From positions 1-32,000 of the forward strand of contig JBAZRV010000006.1 in the NCBI GenBank assembly GCA_041662745.1: a stretch of 32,000 nucleotides of DNA, written 5' to 3'. Position numbers and translations under genes: made by a program. Below, one piece after another: positions 21,130-29,461 of this stretch; positions within the stretch are counted from its first letter, which is position 1, and each line of letters starts with the position of its first letter. The notes under the pieces were generated by a model. The model made no database searches. It was given only the letters and a program-made list of their open reading frames with translations, and had not been told where the DNA came from. Origin of the DNA: Patescibacteria group bacterium (GTDB lineage: Bacteria > Patescibacteriota > Patescibacteriia > 2-01-FULL-39-33).

Positions 21130-24100
21130 TTATTTGCCCAAGTGTTCCGCCTCGGATAATTTTAGCGACAATAATCGGCTGACACCGTCGCCCTGCATAG
21201 TCACGCCGTAAAGCACATCGGATTCGGACATGATGGCGCGATTATGGGTAATGATAACAAACTGCGTCTTATGCGCCAGCTCCTTAACGATACCGGAAAA
21301 CTTAGCTGAATTGCTTTCATCCAACGCCGCGTCTACCTCGTCAAAAAGGATAAACGGCGACGGATTATTATTGATAATGGCGCAAATTAAAGCCAAAGCC
21401 GTCATGGTCTTCTCACCGCCCGAAAGCATGTTAATCGCCCTGATTTTCTTACCGGGCGGACAGGCCTCAATTTCAATACCCATATTAGACAAAAACGATT
21501 TGTCTTCCGGATAAACCGGTTTTCTAACTTCCGGGGCGGCTTCTTCCAACGCTTCAGGCCCGCTCTCTTCCGTCAAAGATCCTGCCAGCGCCGGCTCTTG
21601 CGCCAACTGTTCTCTGATTTTTTCCGCTTCGGTCTTTTCTTCTTCTTTCTGCACTAAAGCCAGCTTAGCGCTGCCACCCTCAAATAGCTGTTTAAAATAA
21701 CGGGAGAAATCTTTATTGATCCTTTCAAACTCTTCTTCAAATTGGATTTTTATCAACTTGTCCAGTTCTTCCACCACTTTCACCAAATCCGTAATAGCCT
21801 GATCCAAATCCAGCGATTGCTCGGATAAAAATTCAAAGCGGGTTTTTACTTCCTCATACTCTTTTTCTATCTCCGGATCAATGCCGCCAATAAGCTCTAA
21901 TTGGCGCTTCAGGCGGTCAATTTTATCCCTGTCTTCGGTTAAATCAACTTCCGAATAATCCTCCTTGCTCTTGAATTGCCAATCCGCTCCCAAACTTTCC
22001 CGGATAGCCGACAATGCATCTTCTCGCCGCGTCTCTATTTTGGCCAACTCCACTTTTACCAGAGACAGCCTCTCATTAATGCCATTTAAATCGGTTTGCA
22101 AGGCGTATGATTCCTGCTGTAAAGAAAAAACTTCCTGTTTTTTGCGTTCTTCATGCAAATTAAAGCCGTCAATTTTTTCACGCAGTCCGGAAATTATTTC
22201 CTCCACCTCCTTTAACTCTTTTTCTTTGGTTTCTCTGCCAAGCAAGATTTCAGATTGAAAATGTTCACGTTCCTGAGGAGTTAACTGCGCTTCTTCAATA
22301 TCTCCCTTAATCTTAACCAATTCCTTTTCCTGGTCATCAATTTCCGCAGTCAGCGATCGGACCTTATCCGAGTCCACCCGGACTTGAACCTTTAAATCGC
22401 CGATTTGCAAAAACAAATTTTCCCGTTCCCGGCGCTGATCTTCCACCTTGGCTTTCAAACTGGCAATCTCTTTGATTTTGGTTTCGGAAGAATATTTCTC
22501 ATCCGGCGCGCGCCACTGCAAACTATCGGTTTTCTTAAAACCGCCGCGCATCATGCCGGACTTTTCCAATACATCGCCGTCTAAAGTCACCATGCGTTCG
22601 CGATTAACGCCGACCGCCTTGGCGCTTGCCAAATCATTAACCACAACAGTGCTGCCGAACACCTGCTCAAAGACTCGCTGATATTTACGCTCATAAGACA
22701 GCAAGTCGCTCGCCAGGCCGAGTACTCCGTTTTCAGTCAGAACATCGGTCGTATCTTGGGAGAGATAAAACTCCTTCAGGCGATTTAAGGGAAAGAAAGT
22801 TACCGGCGGCAGACGGTTGCTTTTTAGCCAATTAATGCACTCAATGGCGTCAGATTCGCTCTCCACCACTACTGCCGACAGCCGATTGCCGGCCGCCGCC
22901 ACCAAAGCGGCCTCGTGTTTGCTGTTCTTGACCCTGCCCAATTCACTGACCGTACCGCAAATGCCGCTAATCCTGTCTTTTAATCCTAAAACCGCCCGAA
23001 CCGCCTCTTGATTATGGTTGAGGCGTCCGCCGGAACGGACGCGGTAAAATTCATCCTGTATGATATCCAGATTATTTTGCCAGACCAGCAACTCATCGGA
23101 CAGCACCTTAACCTGATTTTCCTTTTCACTTAATTTGCCGCTGCTGCCTTCCTGCCGCAATTTGGCGCTCCTGATTTCGGATTGCAAATTTTTTACCCGG
23201 CTCTCCAACTCGGTACGGCGATTCTCCAGCCATGACAGATTCTGTTTGCCGGCTTTGGCATATTCCACTTCCAGCTTGCCGCGCAAGACCGCCAATTCGC
23301 GCATGGTTTCATTCTGCTTGGTCAAAGCTGAATTATACTCCTCCTGCAACTTGTCATATTCTTCGGCGCGGCTGCCTTGCTTGGACAATTCTTCCAATTT
23401 ATTGCGCAACTCGTCTAATTTGCTATCCAAACGCAGACGCTGTTTATCTAAAGTGTTATATTGCAGGGCCAGCTCATCGTAATGTTTCATCAAATCCTGC
23501 CACAACCGGCCGTAATACCTGCTTTGCAAAGTCTTCAACTCTGATTCCAATTCTTGGCGTTGACGCAACTTATTGACTTGGCGAGTCAATGATTTCAAAT
23601 GCGGTTCCAATTCCACTATTAACACCTTGGCTTGTTCCAAATTGTCCCGGGATCGCCTGAGCTTGGACACGGAACGCTCGCGCTTGATTTGATACTGTTT
23701 CACGCCGGTGGCTTCGTCAAAAAAATCCTTGCGTTCCTCATTGCTGTAATTGACAATCTTATCCACCATGCCTTGGCCGATAATGGAATAGGTGTTATGG
23801 CCGAAGTTGGCTTTGGCTAGCAGCATGACGATATCAAATAAGCGCACCTCCGCCTTATTGAGCAGATATTCGGAAGTGCCGTCGCGGTATAATTTTCTGG
23901 TAATGGCCACTTCGGCATAGTCAATCGGCGCCGAGCCGTCCTCGTTATTCAAAAACAAAGACACCTCAGCCAAAGACAACTGCGCCTTCTTGGCTGAGCC
24001 GGAGAAAATCACATCAGTGGCTTTCTTACCGCGCAAAAGCTTGAGCGACTGCTCGCCCAACACCCAGCGCACCGCATCCACCACATTGGACTTGCCCGAA

Positions 24101-24225
24101 CCATTGGGGCCGACAATGGCCGTAATGCCGCAGGTATTGTCCCGCTTGTCCGGGCTGGGGAATTCCAAAATAGTCTTATTGGCGAATGACTTAAAACCAT
24201 GCAGTTCAATGCGCTGTAAATACAT
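21130..24225 (-). CDS. smc: Chromosome partition protein Smc (1031 aa, shorter than typical)
   Basis: N-terminal Walker A (IELHGFKSFA...AIVGPNGSGKSNVVDAVRWVLGEQS). Long coiled coils with a central hinge. C-terminal LSGGEKTMTALALI signature and FILFDEVDAALD Walker B. Confidence 0.95.
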   Translation of the reverse strand: MYLQRIELHGFKSFANKTILEFPSPDKRDNTCGITAIVGPNGSGKSNVVDAVRWVLGEQSLKLLRGKKATDVIFSGSAKKAQLSLAEVSLFLNNEDGSAPIDYAEVAITRKLYRDGTSEYLLNKAEVRLFDIVMLLAKANFGHNTYSIIGQGMVDKIVNYSNEERKDFFDEATGVKQYQIKRERSVSKLRRSRDNLEQAKVLIVELEPHLKSLTRQVNKLRQRQELESELKTLQSRYYGRLWQDLMKHYDELALQYNTLDKQRLRLDSKLDELRNKLEELSKQGSRAEEYDKLQEEYNSALTKQNETMRELAVLRGKLEVEYAKAGKQNLSWLENRRTELESRVKNLQSEIRSAKLRQEGSSGKLSEKENQVKVLSDELLVWQNNLDIIQDEFYRVRSGGRLNHNQEAVRAVLGLKDRISGICGTVSELGRVKNSKHEAALVAAAGNRLSAVVVESESDAIECINWLKSNRLPPVTFFPLNRLKEFYLSQDTTDVLTENGVLGLASDLLSYERKYQRVFEQVFGSTVVVNDLASAKAVGVNRERMVTLDGDVLEKSGMMRGGFKKTDSLQWRAPDEKYSSETKIKEIASLKAKVEDQRRERENLFLQIGDLKVQVRVDSDKVRSLTAEIDDQEKELVKIKGDIEEAQLTPQEREHFQSEILLGRETKEKELKEVEEIISGLREKIDGFNLHEERKKQEVFSLQQESYALQTDLNGINERLSLVKVELAKIETRREDALSAIRESLGADWQFKSKEDYSEVDLTEDRDKIDRLKRQLELIGGIDPEIEKEYEEVKTRFEFLSEQSLDLDQAITDLVKVVEELDKLIKIQFEEEFERINKDFSRYFKQLFEGGSAKLALVQKEEEKTEAEKIREQLAQEPALAGSLTEESGPEALEEAAPEVRKPVYPEDKSFLSNMGIEIEACPPGKKIRAINMLSGGEKTMTALALICAIINNNPSPFILFDEVDAALDESNSAKFSGIVKELAHKTQFVIITHNRAIMSESDVLYGVTMQGDGVSRLLSLKLSEAEHLGK

Positions 24226-24276
24226 AAGTAATAATAATCAATAATCAAGATACGATGACCAAAAACATTGATGGTC

Positions 24277-24305
24277 AATATACGCAATTACATATATTTT
24301 ATCAA
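24277..24305 (-). promoter_or_regulatory. Candidate smc promoter
   Basis: The minus strand reads TTGATA (24305-24300), a 17-nt spacer, then TATATT (24282-24277). The ~45-nt leader contains a TGACCA/TGGTCA hairpin and no SD. Confidence 0.55.
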
Positions 24306-24320
24306 AAAATCAGGAAATCG

Positions 24321-24353
24321 GCAAAATTAAAACCCGATTCCTGGGGAATCGGG
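24321..24353 (-). terminator. Rho-independent terminator of the metallophosphoesterase gene
   Basis: CCCGATTCC (24333-24341) pairs with GGAATCGGG (24345-24353). On the minus strand it is followed by TTTTAATTTTG. Confidence 0.75.
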
Positions 24354-24363
24354 CAAGGTGCGC

Positions 24364-25521
24364 TTAAAACGCCAGCGGCGGCAGAGGATCAACCGGCACA
24401 TGACCGAAAGTGATCTCATGCCGTGGCAGACAGACGGTAGCGAAATTCCGATCATGATTGACATCGCCCGGATTAATAATCCGAATCTGCTGGCCTTCAT
24501 AATACAATGCTTCGTTGGTAAAGCCGCAAAGCACGTAATTAGTCATGGGAAATTTCTGACGGATTTTCATCGCCAAAACATCCATGCCCATTTCGCTTAA
24601 ATCCATGAACTCCAGAGCCAAATCCAATTTGACATAAAAACGCTGGCCTTTAATGCTCACGATGGGCGTTTCCGGGTCAATCCGGTGCCAATTGGCGGGA
24701 ATATCGCCCCAAGTATCGGCTATATTCAGATCCTCAATCTGTTCCGGTAGTAAGTTATAATAAACATCAAAACCGGCTAACTCGGGACGCCCGATATCGC
24801 TTAAGTCAATATTGCCGATATGAATCACGTAATTGACTCCGCGCGCGGCGAATTCCTGACGCAAACGATCCCAAAAACCGACATCCAACTTGGAAACATT
24901 CAAACTGTCGGAAATGATGCCGACGGTAAACGGCTCTTCCTGTGGCGGGCAAGGCATTACCCGGCCAAACACCACCTGATTATCCTCGGTATAAACGACG
25001 GCGAATTCATAACCCCAATTGACTGATTCTTCAGCCGCGCCCGGGTTAACCATGGAAACCAAGTGGCCTTGCCGATAGGTTTGGGCATGGGTATGTCCGC
25101 CGAAAATCCAACGCAAGCCGTCATTCTCTAACCGAAGGCGTTGCAGGCGTTCGTCAAACTTAGCCTCGTTCATATTAAGATAAAAATCAAATGGCAACTT
25201 ATGGCCGAGATAGTACAATTCCCCGTTGCGTTTGATGATGCGATGGCCGGGCATGGTGTAGCGCCAATGGCCGACGGGAGGAAAAAACTTTCCTCGAGGG
25301 CTCAAGCAACTGCCCTTGTCATCCCGTTCGCACTGATTCTCAACTAAGGCATAGTAAACGGGAAAATCGCCATAAAGCCGAGAATTAAAATGCTCGGGCT
25401 CGGTCAAGTCGCCGGCGTGAAAAACCACTTCCACGCCGCGACGCTTGAACTCAGAAATAATATGGGGCGTAGCGCCGTTTTTATCCTTATGCGTATCAGC
25501 AATGACACCGATAACTGGCAT
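24364..25521 (-). CDS. Tandem-domain metallophosphoesterase. The N-terminal half keeps the catalytic motifs; the C-terminal half looks degenerate.
   Basis: N-terminal half: IGVIADTHKD, FHAGDL, GGHTHAQ. C-terminal half: VGIISDSLN, IHIGNID, LCGFTNE in the equivalent positions. SD AAAAGGAG upstream. Confidence 0.85.
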   Translation of the reverse strand: MPVIGVIADTHKDKNGATPHIISEFKRRGVEVVFHAGDLTEPEHFNSRLYGDFPVYYALVENQCERDDKGSCLSPRGKFFPPVGHWRYTMPGHRIIKRNGELYYLGHKLPFDFYLNMNEAKFDERLQRLRLENDGLRWIFGGHTHAQTYRQGHLVSMVNPGAAEESVNWGYEFAVVYTEDNQVVFGRVMPCPPQEEPFTVGIISDSLNVSKLDVGFWDRLRQEFAARGVNYVIHIGNIDLSDIGRPELAGFDVYYNLLPEQIEDLNIADTWGDIPANWHRIDPETPIVSIKGQRFYVKLDLALEFMDLSEMGMDVLAMKIRQKFPMTNYVLCGFTNEALYYEGQQIRIINPGDVNHDRNFATVCLPRHEITFGHVPVDPLPPLAF

Positions 25522-25660
25522 GGCAAAAACTCCTTTTGGTTTTTAAAGTACTGCATTTCACCCATCAATCTTCTTCAAAACATACCACCGGAAATGTTTT
25601 TAGTCAAGAAAAACCAATAATAACGTTTTTATCTAAAGGTTAAGCAGCGAGGTTTTTTAA

Positions 25661-25689
25661 TTGAATTAAAGCCGAAAAAATACTATAAT
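25661..25689 (+). promoter_or_regulatory. polA promoter
   Basis: TTGAAT (25661-25666), a 17-nt spacer, then TATAAT (25684-25689). Confidence 0.7.
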
Positions 25690-25713
25690 TAACTCAACTT
25701 TCAACCATGATTT

Positions 25714-28548
25714 ATGACAGCTAAAAAACAAAAACTCCTGATTATTGATTCTAATGCTCTGGTGCATCGCGCTTTCCACGCCCTGCCGCCGACCCTAACC
25801 GACGAGAAGGGCCGGCCGACCAACGCGGTTTACGGCTTCACCTCCATTTTCCTTAAGGCGATAAAAGACATTAAGCCCGACTACATCGCGGCCACTTTTG
25901 ACCGCAAAGAGAAAACCTTCCGCCACGAGCAGTATGAGGCGTACAAGGCCACGCGCGTCAAAGCGCCGGATGAGCTGTATGAACAAATCCCTCTGGTCAA
26001 ACAAGTGTTAGAAGCATTTAGCATACCGATTTTTGAACTGGCCGGCTATGAAGCCGATGATTTGATCGGCACTATTGCCAATCTGAAAACCATTGACCGG
26101 CCCGATATTGAAACTATTATTCTAACCGGCGATCAGGATTGTTTGCAATTGGTAGACTACAACACTAAGGTTTTTTCGCCTCATAAGGGGCTGTCAGAAA
26201 CAATCCTCTACGGCGAAGCCGAAGTCAAGGAAAAATTCGGCGGCTTGATGCCCGGTCAACTGATTGATTACAAAGGACTGCGCGGCGACACTTCTGACAA
26301 CATCCCCGGCGTCCGGGGTATCGGCGAGAAAGGCGCGATTGATTTGTTGAATAATTTCAAGACCATTGAAGGAATCTACGAGCACATTGATTCTGATTTG
26401 ATCAAAGACCGCACGCGGGAACTGCTTAAGGAACAAAAGAAGCAAGCGCTGATGTCGCGGGAACTGGCGACAATTAAAAAGGATGCGCCCATAAAATTCA
26501 AATTGGCCGATTGCCGTTTCACCGGCTTTGATCAAAACAAAGTCGTTGATTTATTTCAAGAGTTGGGATTTAAACGGCTGATGAACCAAGTGGCCACGCT
26601 GGCTAAAAGCGGCCTGATCGCGCCGACCGGCCAAGGCAGTTTGTTCTCTGCCGCGGTTAGCGATCAAGAAGAAAAAGAATCAACCGCCTTCTCTGTCATT
26701 CCCGCGAAGGCGGGAATCCAGGTTAATAATCATCCTGCCAATAGCCGCTTGGGCAAACAGGACTACCGGCTGGTAACAGCCGGCGACTTGAAAAAATTTT
26801 TAGCCGAACTGAAAAAACAAGAAGAATTTTGCTTTGATACGGAAACAACCGGGCTTAACCCCTTTGCTGACAATTTAATCGGCATCGCTTTCTGCTGGCA
26901 AGCCGGCGCAGCCCGGTATCTGCCGGTTGATTTAGCCGATCAGATTAAGCCGGAACTGTCGAAAATTTTCGACAGTAAAAAAATCAAAAAAATCGGACAC
27001 AATCTTAAATTCGACGCCGAAGTGTTGGAAAAATATTTCGGCCAAGCGATCAACGGGCTGTCTTTTGATACCATGATTGCTTCCTACATCTTGAACCCCG
27101 GCCATCGCCAGCACAACCTGGACACTTTGGCGTTTATTGAATTCGGTTACCAGATGCAGCCGATCAGCGATTTGATCGGCAACGGCAAAAACCAAATTTC
27201 CCTGGCCGAAGCGCCGCTGGAAAAAGTCAGCTGGTATTCCAGCGAGGACGCTGACTTGACCTTCCGCCTGTATCAGAAGCTTCGGCCGGAGCTGGATAAA
27301 TCCGCCCTGCTGCCACTATTTGAAAAATTGGAAATGCCCTTGGTTGAAGTATTGGTGGCCATGGAGACTAACGGCATCAGAATAAACAGCAAAGCCTTAA
27401 AAAACTTAAGCGCCGTTTTTGCCAAGAGAATCAAAGAGCTGGAAAAAAAAGCCTGGAAAATGGCGGGCGAAGAATTCAATCTGGCCAGCCCCAAGCAGTT
27501 AAAGGAAATCTTGTTTGACAAAATGGGCATCTCCACTGCCGGCATCGGCAAAACCAAAACCGGCTTGTCTACCGCCGCCGGCGAACTGGAAAAGCTTCAG
27601 GGTCAACATAAGATAATTGACTTAATCATAGAATTCCGCGAACTATCTAAGCTGAAGAACACCTATCTGGACGCCCTGCCGGCTTTGGCTGATTCCTCCG
27701 GCCGTGTCCATACCAGTTACAACCAAACCGTCACCGCCACCGGGCGCCTATCGTCTTCCGAGCCCAACCTGCAGAATATTCCCATTCGCACCGAAACGGG
27801 CGGACCCATTCGCAAGGCGTTTATCGCCGACAAGGGTTTTCAAATTCTTAAAGCCGATTACTCGCAGATTGAATTGCGCATCATCGCATCGCTCGCCAAC
27901 GACAAGCAAATGCTGAAGATTTTCCAGTCTGGCGGTGATATTCATACTATGACCGCGGCCATTATTCACAGCATTAAGCCGGAAGAAGTGACTAAGGCTC
28001 TGCGCCGCACGGCCAAAGAAATCAATTTCGGCGTAATCTACGGCATGGGCGCCTGGGGGCTGTCCTCTCGTACCGGTCTATCCAACACGGAAGCGCAGAA
28101 ATTCATCTACAAATACTTTGAAACCTTTTCCGGCGTCAAGAAATGGCTGGAGGAAACCGTGGAGATCGCCAAAGACAAGGGTTATGTGGAGACCTTTTAC
28201 GGCCGCAAGCGCTACTTGCCGGAAATCAATTCCAGCATTTCCCAGGTTCGTAACAGCGCCGAACGCATGGCCGTCAATATGCCGATTCAAGGAACGGCTG
28301 CCGATTTGATCAAGCTGGCTATGATAGAAATCCACGCCGGCCTGCCCAAAGTATCGGAACGCTCCCGCCTGTTGTTGCAAGTCCACGACGAATTAGTTCT
28401 GGAAGTGCCGGAACATGAGGTCCGCAAAGTCGGCAAATACGTCCATGACACCATGTGCTCGGTCATGAAACTGCGCGCGCCCATTGACGCCGACGTTTCC
28501 GCCGGCGATAATTGGGGAGAGACCTCCCCGCTGTCATTCCGGCCGTAG
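25714..28548 (+). CDS. polA: DNA polymerase I with 5' nuclease, 3'-5' exonuclease and polymerase domains
   Basis: LLIIDSNALVHRAFHA, GYEADDLIGT, DNIPGVRGIGEKGA (5' nuclease). FDTETTGL (ExoI). DYSQIELRI, RRTAKEINFGVIYG, QVHDELV (polymerase motifs A, B, C). Confidence 0.97.
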   Translation: MTAKKQKLLIIDSNALVHRAFHALPPTLTDEKGRPTNAVYGFTSIFLKAIKDIKPDYIAATFDRKEKTFRHEQYEAYKATRVKAPDELYEQIPLVKQVLEAFSIPIFELAGYEADDLIGTIANLKTIDRPDIETIILTGDQDCLQLVDYNTKVFSPHKGLSETILYGEAEVKEKFGGLMPGQLIDYKGLRGDTSDNIPGVRGIGEKGAIDLLNNFKTIEGIYEHIDSDLIKDRTRELLKEQKKQALMSRELATIKKDAPIKFKLADCRFTGFDQNKVVDLFQELGFKRLMNQVATLAKSGLIAPTGQGSLFSAAVSDQEEKESTAFSVIPAKAGIQVNNHPANSRLGKQDYRLVTAGDLKKFLAELKKQEEFCFDTETTGLNPFADNLIGIAFCWQAGAARYLPVDLADQIKPELSKIFDSKKIKKIGHNLKFDAEVLEKYFGQAINGLSFDTMIASYILNPGHRQHNLDTLAFIEFGYQMQPISDLIGNGKNQISLAEAPLEKVSWYSSEDADLTFRLYQKLRPELDKSALLPLFEKLEMPLVEVLVAMETNGIRINSKALKNLSAVFAKRIKELEKKAWKMAGEEFNLASPKQLKEILFDKMGISTAGIGKTKTGLSTAAGELEKLQGQHKIIDLIIEFRELSKLKNTYLDALPALADSSGRVHTSYNQTVTATGRLSSSEPNLQNIPIRTETGGPIRKAFIADKGFQILKADYSQIELRIIASLANDKQMLKIFQSGGDIHTMTAAIIHSIKPEEVTKALRRTAKEINFGVIYGMGAWGLSSRTGLSNTEAQKFIYKYFETFSGVKKWLEETVEIAKDKGYVETFYGRKRYLPEINSSISQVRNSAERMAVNMPIQGTAADLIKLAMIEIHAGLPKVSERSRLLLQVHDELVLEVPEHEVRKVGKYVHDTMCSVMKLRAPIDADVSAGDNWGETSPLSFRP
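26695..26725 (+). repeat. Palindromic repeat-element copy C, inside the polA ORF (translated as SVIPAKAGIQVN)
   Basis: GTCATTCCCGC-GAA-GGCGGGAATCCAGGTTA. Its termini match the intergenic copies. Confidence 0.8.
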
Positions 28549-28626
28549 TATTAACGAAGAGCCGGAATTCAGGTAATAACTTGAGATCCCCTGCCGGCAG
28601 GCAGGTTCACTTTGTTCAGTGATGAC
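28533..28626 (+). repeat. Palindromic repeat-element copy D (composite). It overlaps the last 16 nt of polA, including the stop codon.
   Basis: GTCATTCCGGC...GCCGGAATTCAGGTAATAA, then CCTGCCGGCAGGCA, then a TCACT/AGTGA hairpin ending in GATGAC. Confidence 0.7.
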
Positions 28627-28631
28627 ATAAA

Positions 28632-28660
28632 AACCACCTTGAGCAACTGGGCGGTTTTTT
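28632..28660 (+). terminator. Probable rho-independent terminator after polA
   Basis: AACCACC pairs with GGGCGGTT (one mismatch) and is followed by TTTTTT. Confidence 0.6.
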
Positions 28661-28685
28661 ATAATTAGGATTCAAGGAGTAGATA

Positions 28686-28714
28686 TTGACAAAGCATAAT
28701 TAGTATGGTAATCT
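28686..28714 (+). promoter_or_regulatory. Candidate promoter of the orphan 191-aa gene
   Basis: TTGACA (28686-28691), a 17-nt spacer, then TAATCT preceded by TG. Confidence 0.55.
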
Positions 28715-28769
28715 GAAAAAGAATTATTGAACATTTAAATTAAGACCTAAAACAAAGGAGGATCAAATA

Positions 28770-29345
28770 ATGGCTAACATATTGAAAAAAGAACCGCAAA
28801 CAGAAATGGAATACTGGGAGGCGATTGATGGTATCGGGGGGATAATCTGGAACACAAATCACGATATCGGCCATGGACGGTACGAAAATTCTTCAGAGAT
28901 AGAACAATACCTGACCGATGCCCAAGAAACCATTGAACGCTTAGTCAATGAATTAGCTGATAAATTCGGAGTAATCCCTCCCCGGGATTGCCCCAAGTCA
29001 AAACCAGGCGAAAAAGTTCCACCGGCGTCGGAAGGAAAAACCTATTACTGGGATTGGTATTATGCGAAAAAAGCAGAAGCCAAAAAACAATATTATGAAA
29101 GCATTATTTGTTCCGCCTGCCCCTATAGTGAAGGATTAGAGAGTATGACAGGTTTTAATGTCCCATGCGAACTTTGGAAAGGCGTCCTTTACCGGCTTAC
29201 TTTTCCATATCTGTGTGCAATGCTAGGGGATTACGGCCAGGAAAAACTTCACCAAATAATTCAACAAAGGGGCGGCGAACAGGCGCTCAAAGTTTTTAAA
29301 GAAAAACTGGAGACTCTGAAAAAAGACTTTGGAAAAAAGAAGTAG
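28770..29345 (+). CDS. Hypothetical protein, 191 aa, Trp/Tyr-rich middle with scattered Cys, lysine-rich tail
   Basis: Strong SD (AAAGGAGGATCAAATA-ATG). It has its own promoter and terminator. No domain recognised. Confidence 0.75.
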   Translation: MANILKKEPQTEMEYWEAIDGIGGIIWNTNHDIGHGRYENSSEIEQYLTDAQETIERLVNELADKFGVIPPRDCPKSKPGEKVPPASEGKTYYWDWYYAKKAEAKKQYYESIICSACPYSEGLESMTGFNVPCELWKGVLYRLTFPYLCAMLGDYGQEKLHQIIQQRGGEQALKVFKEKLETLKKDFGKKK

Positions 29346-29370
29346 CCGACAGATAATAATGCTCATTTGA

Positions 29371-29406
29371 CACCACTCAAGCATCTGCTGCGAGTGGCGT
29401 TTTTTA
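29371..29406 (+). terminator. Rho-independent terminator
   Basis: CACCACTC pairs with GAGTGGCG and is followed by TTTTTT. Confidence 0.7.
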
Positions 29407-29412
29407 TTAACC

Positions 29413-29446
29413 AAAAAACCGCCAAGGCCAAGTCTAGGCGGTTTTA
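29413..29446. terminator. Bidirectional terminator that serves the minus-strand kinase operon
   Basis: AAAAAACCGCC...GGCGGTTTT. A T-run follows on the minus strand. Confidence 0.7.
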
Positions 29447-29461
29447 TAAATGTGCAAAATA

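Noticed and set aside
5544-28484. Numerous 60-155-aa ORFs antisense to or nested in the large genes. Examples: 5544-5972 -, 7406-7816 -, 9540-9959 -, 15352-15819 -, 19031-19411 -, 20198-20554 -, 23135-23576 +, 26194-26535 -, 28078-28386 -.
   Set aside because: Each lies wholly within a longer ORF that carries clear family motifs (NTase, ClpP-like, nfo, pnp, mgtA, smc, polA). They lack their own signals and are treated as shadow ORFs.
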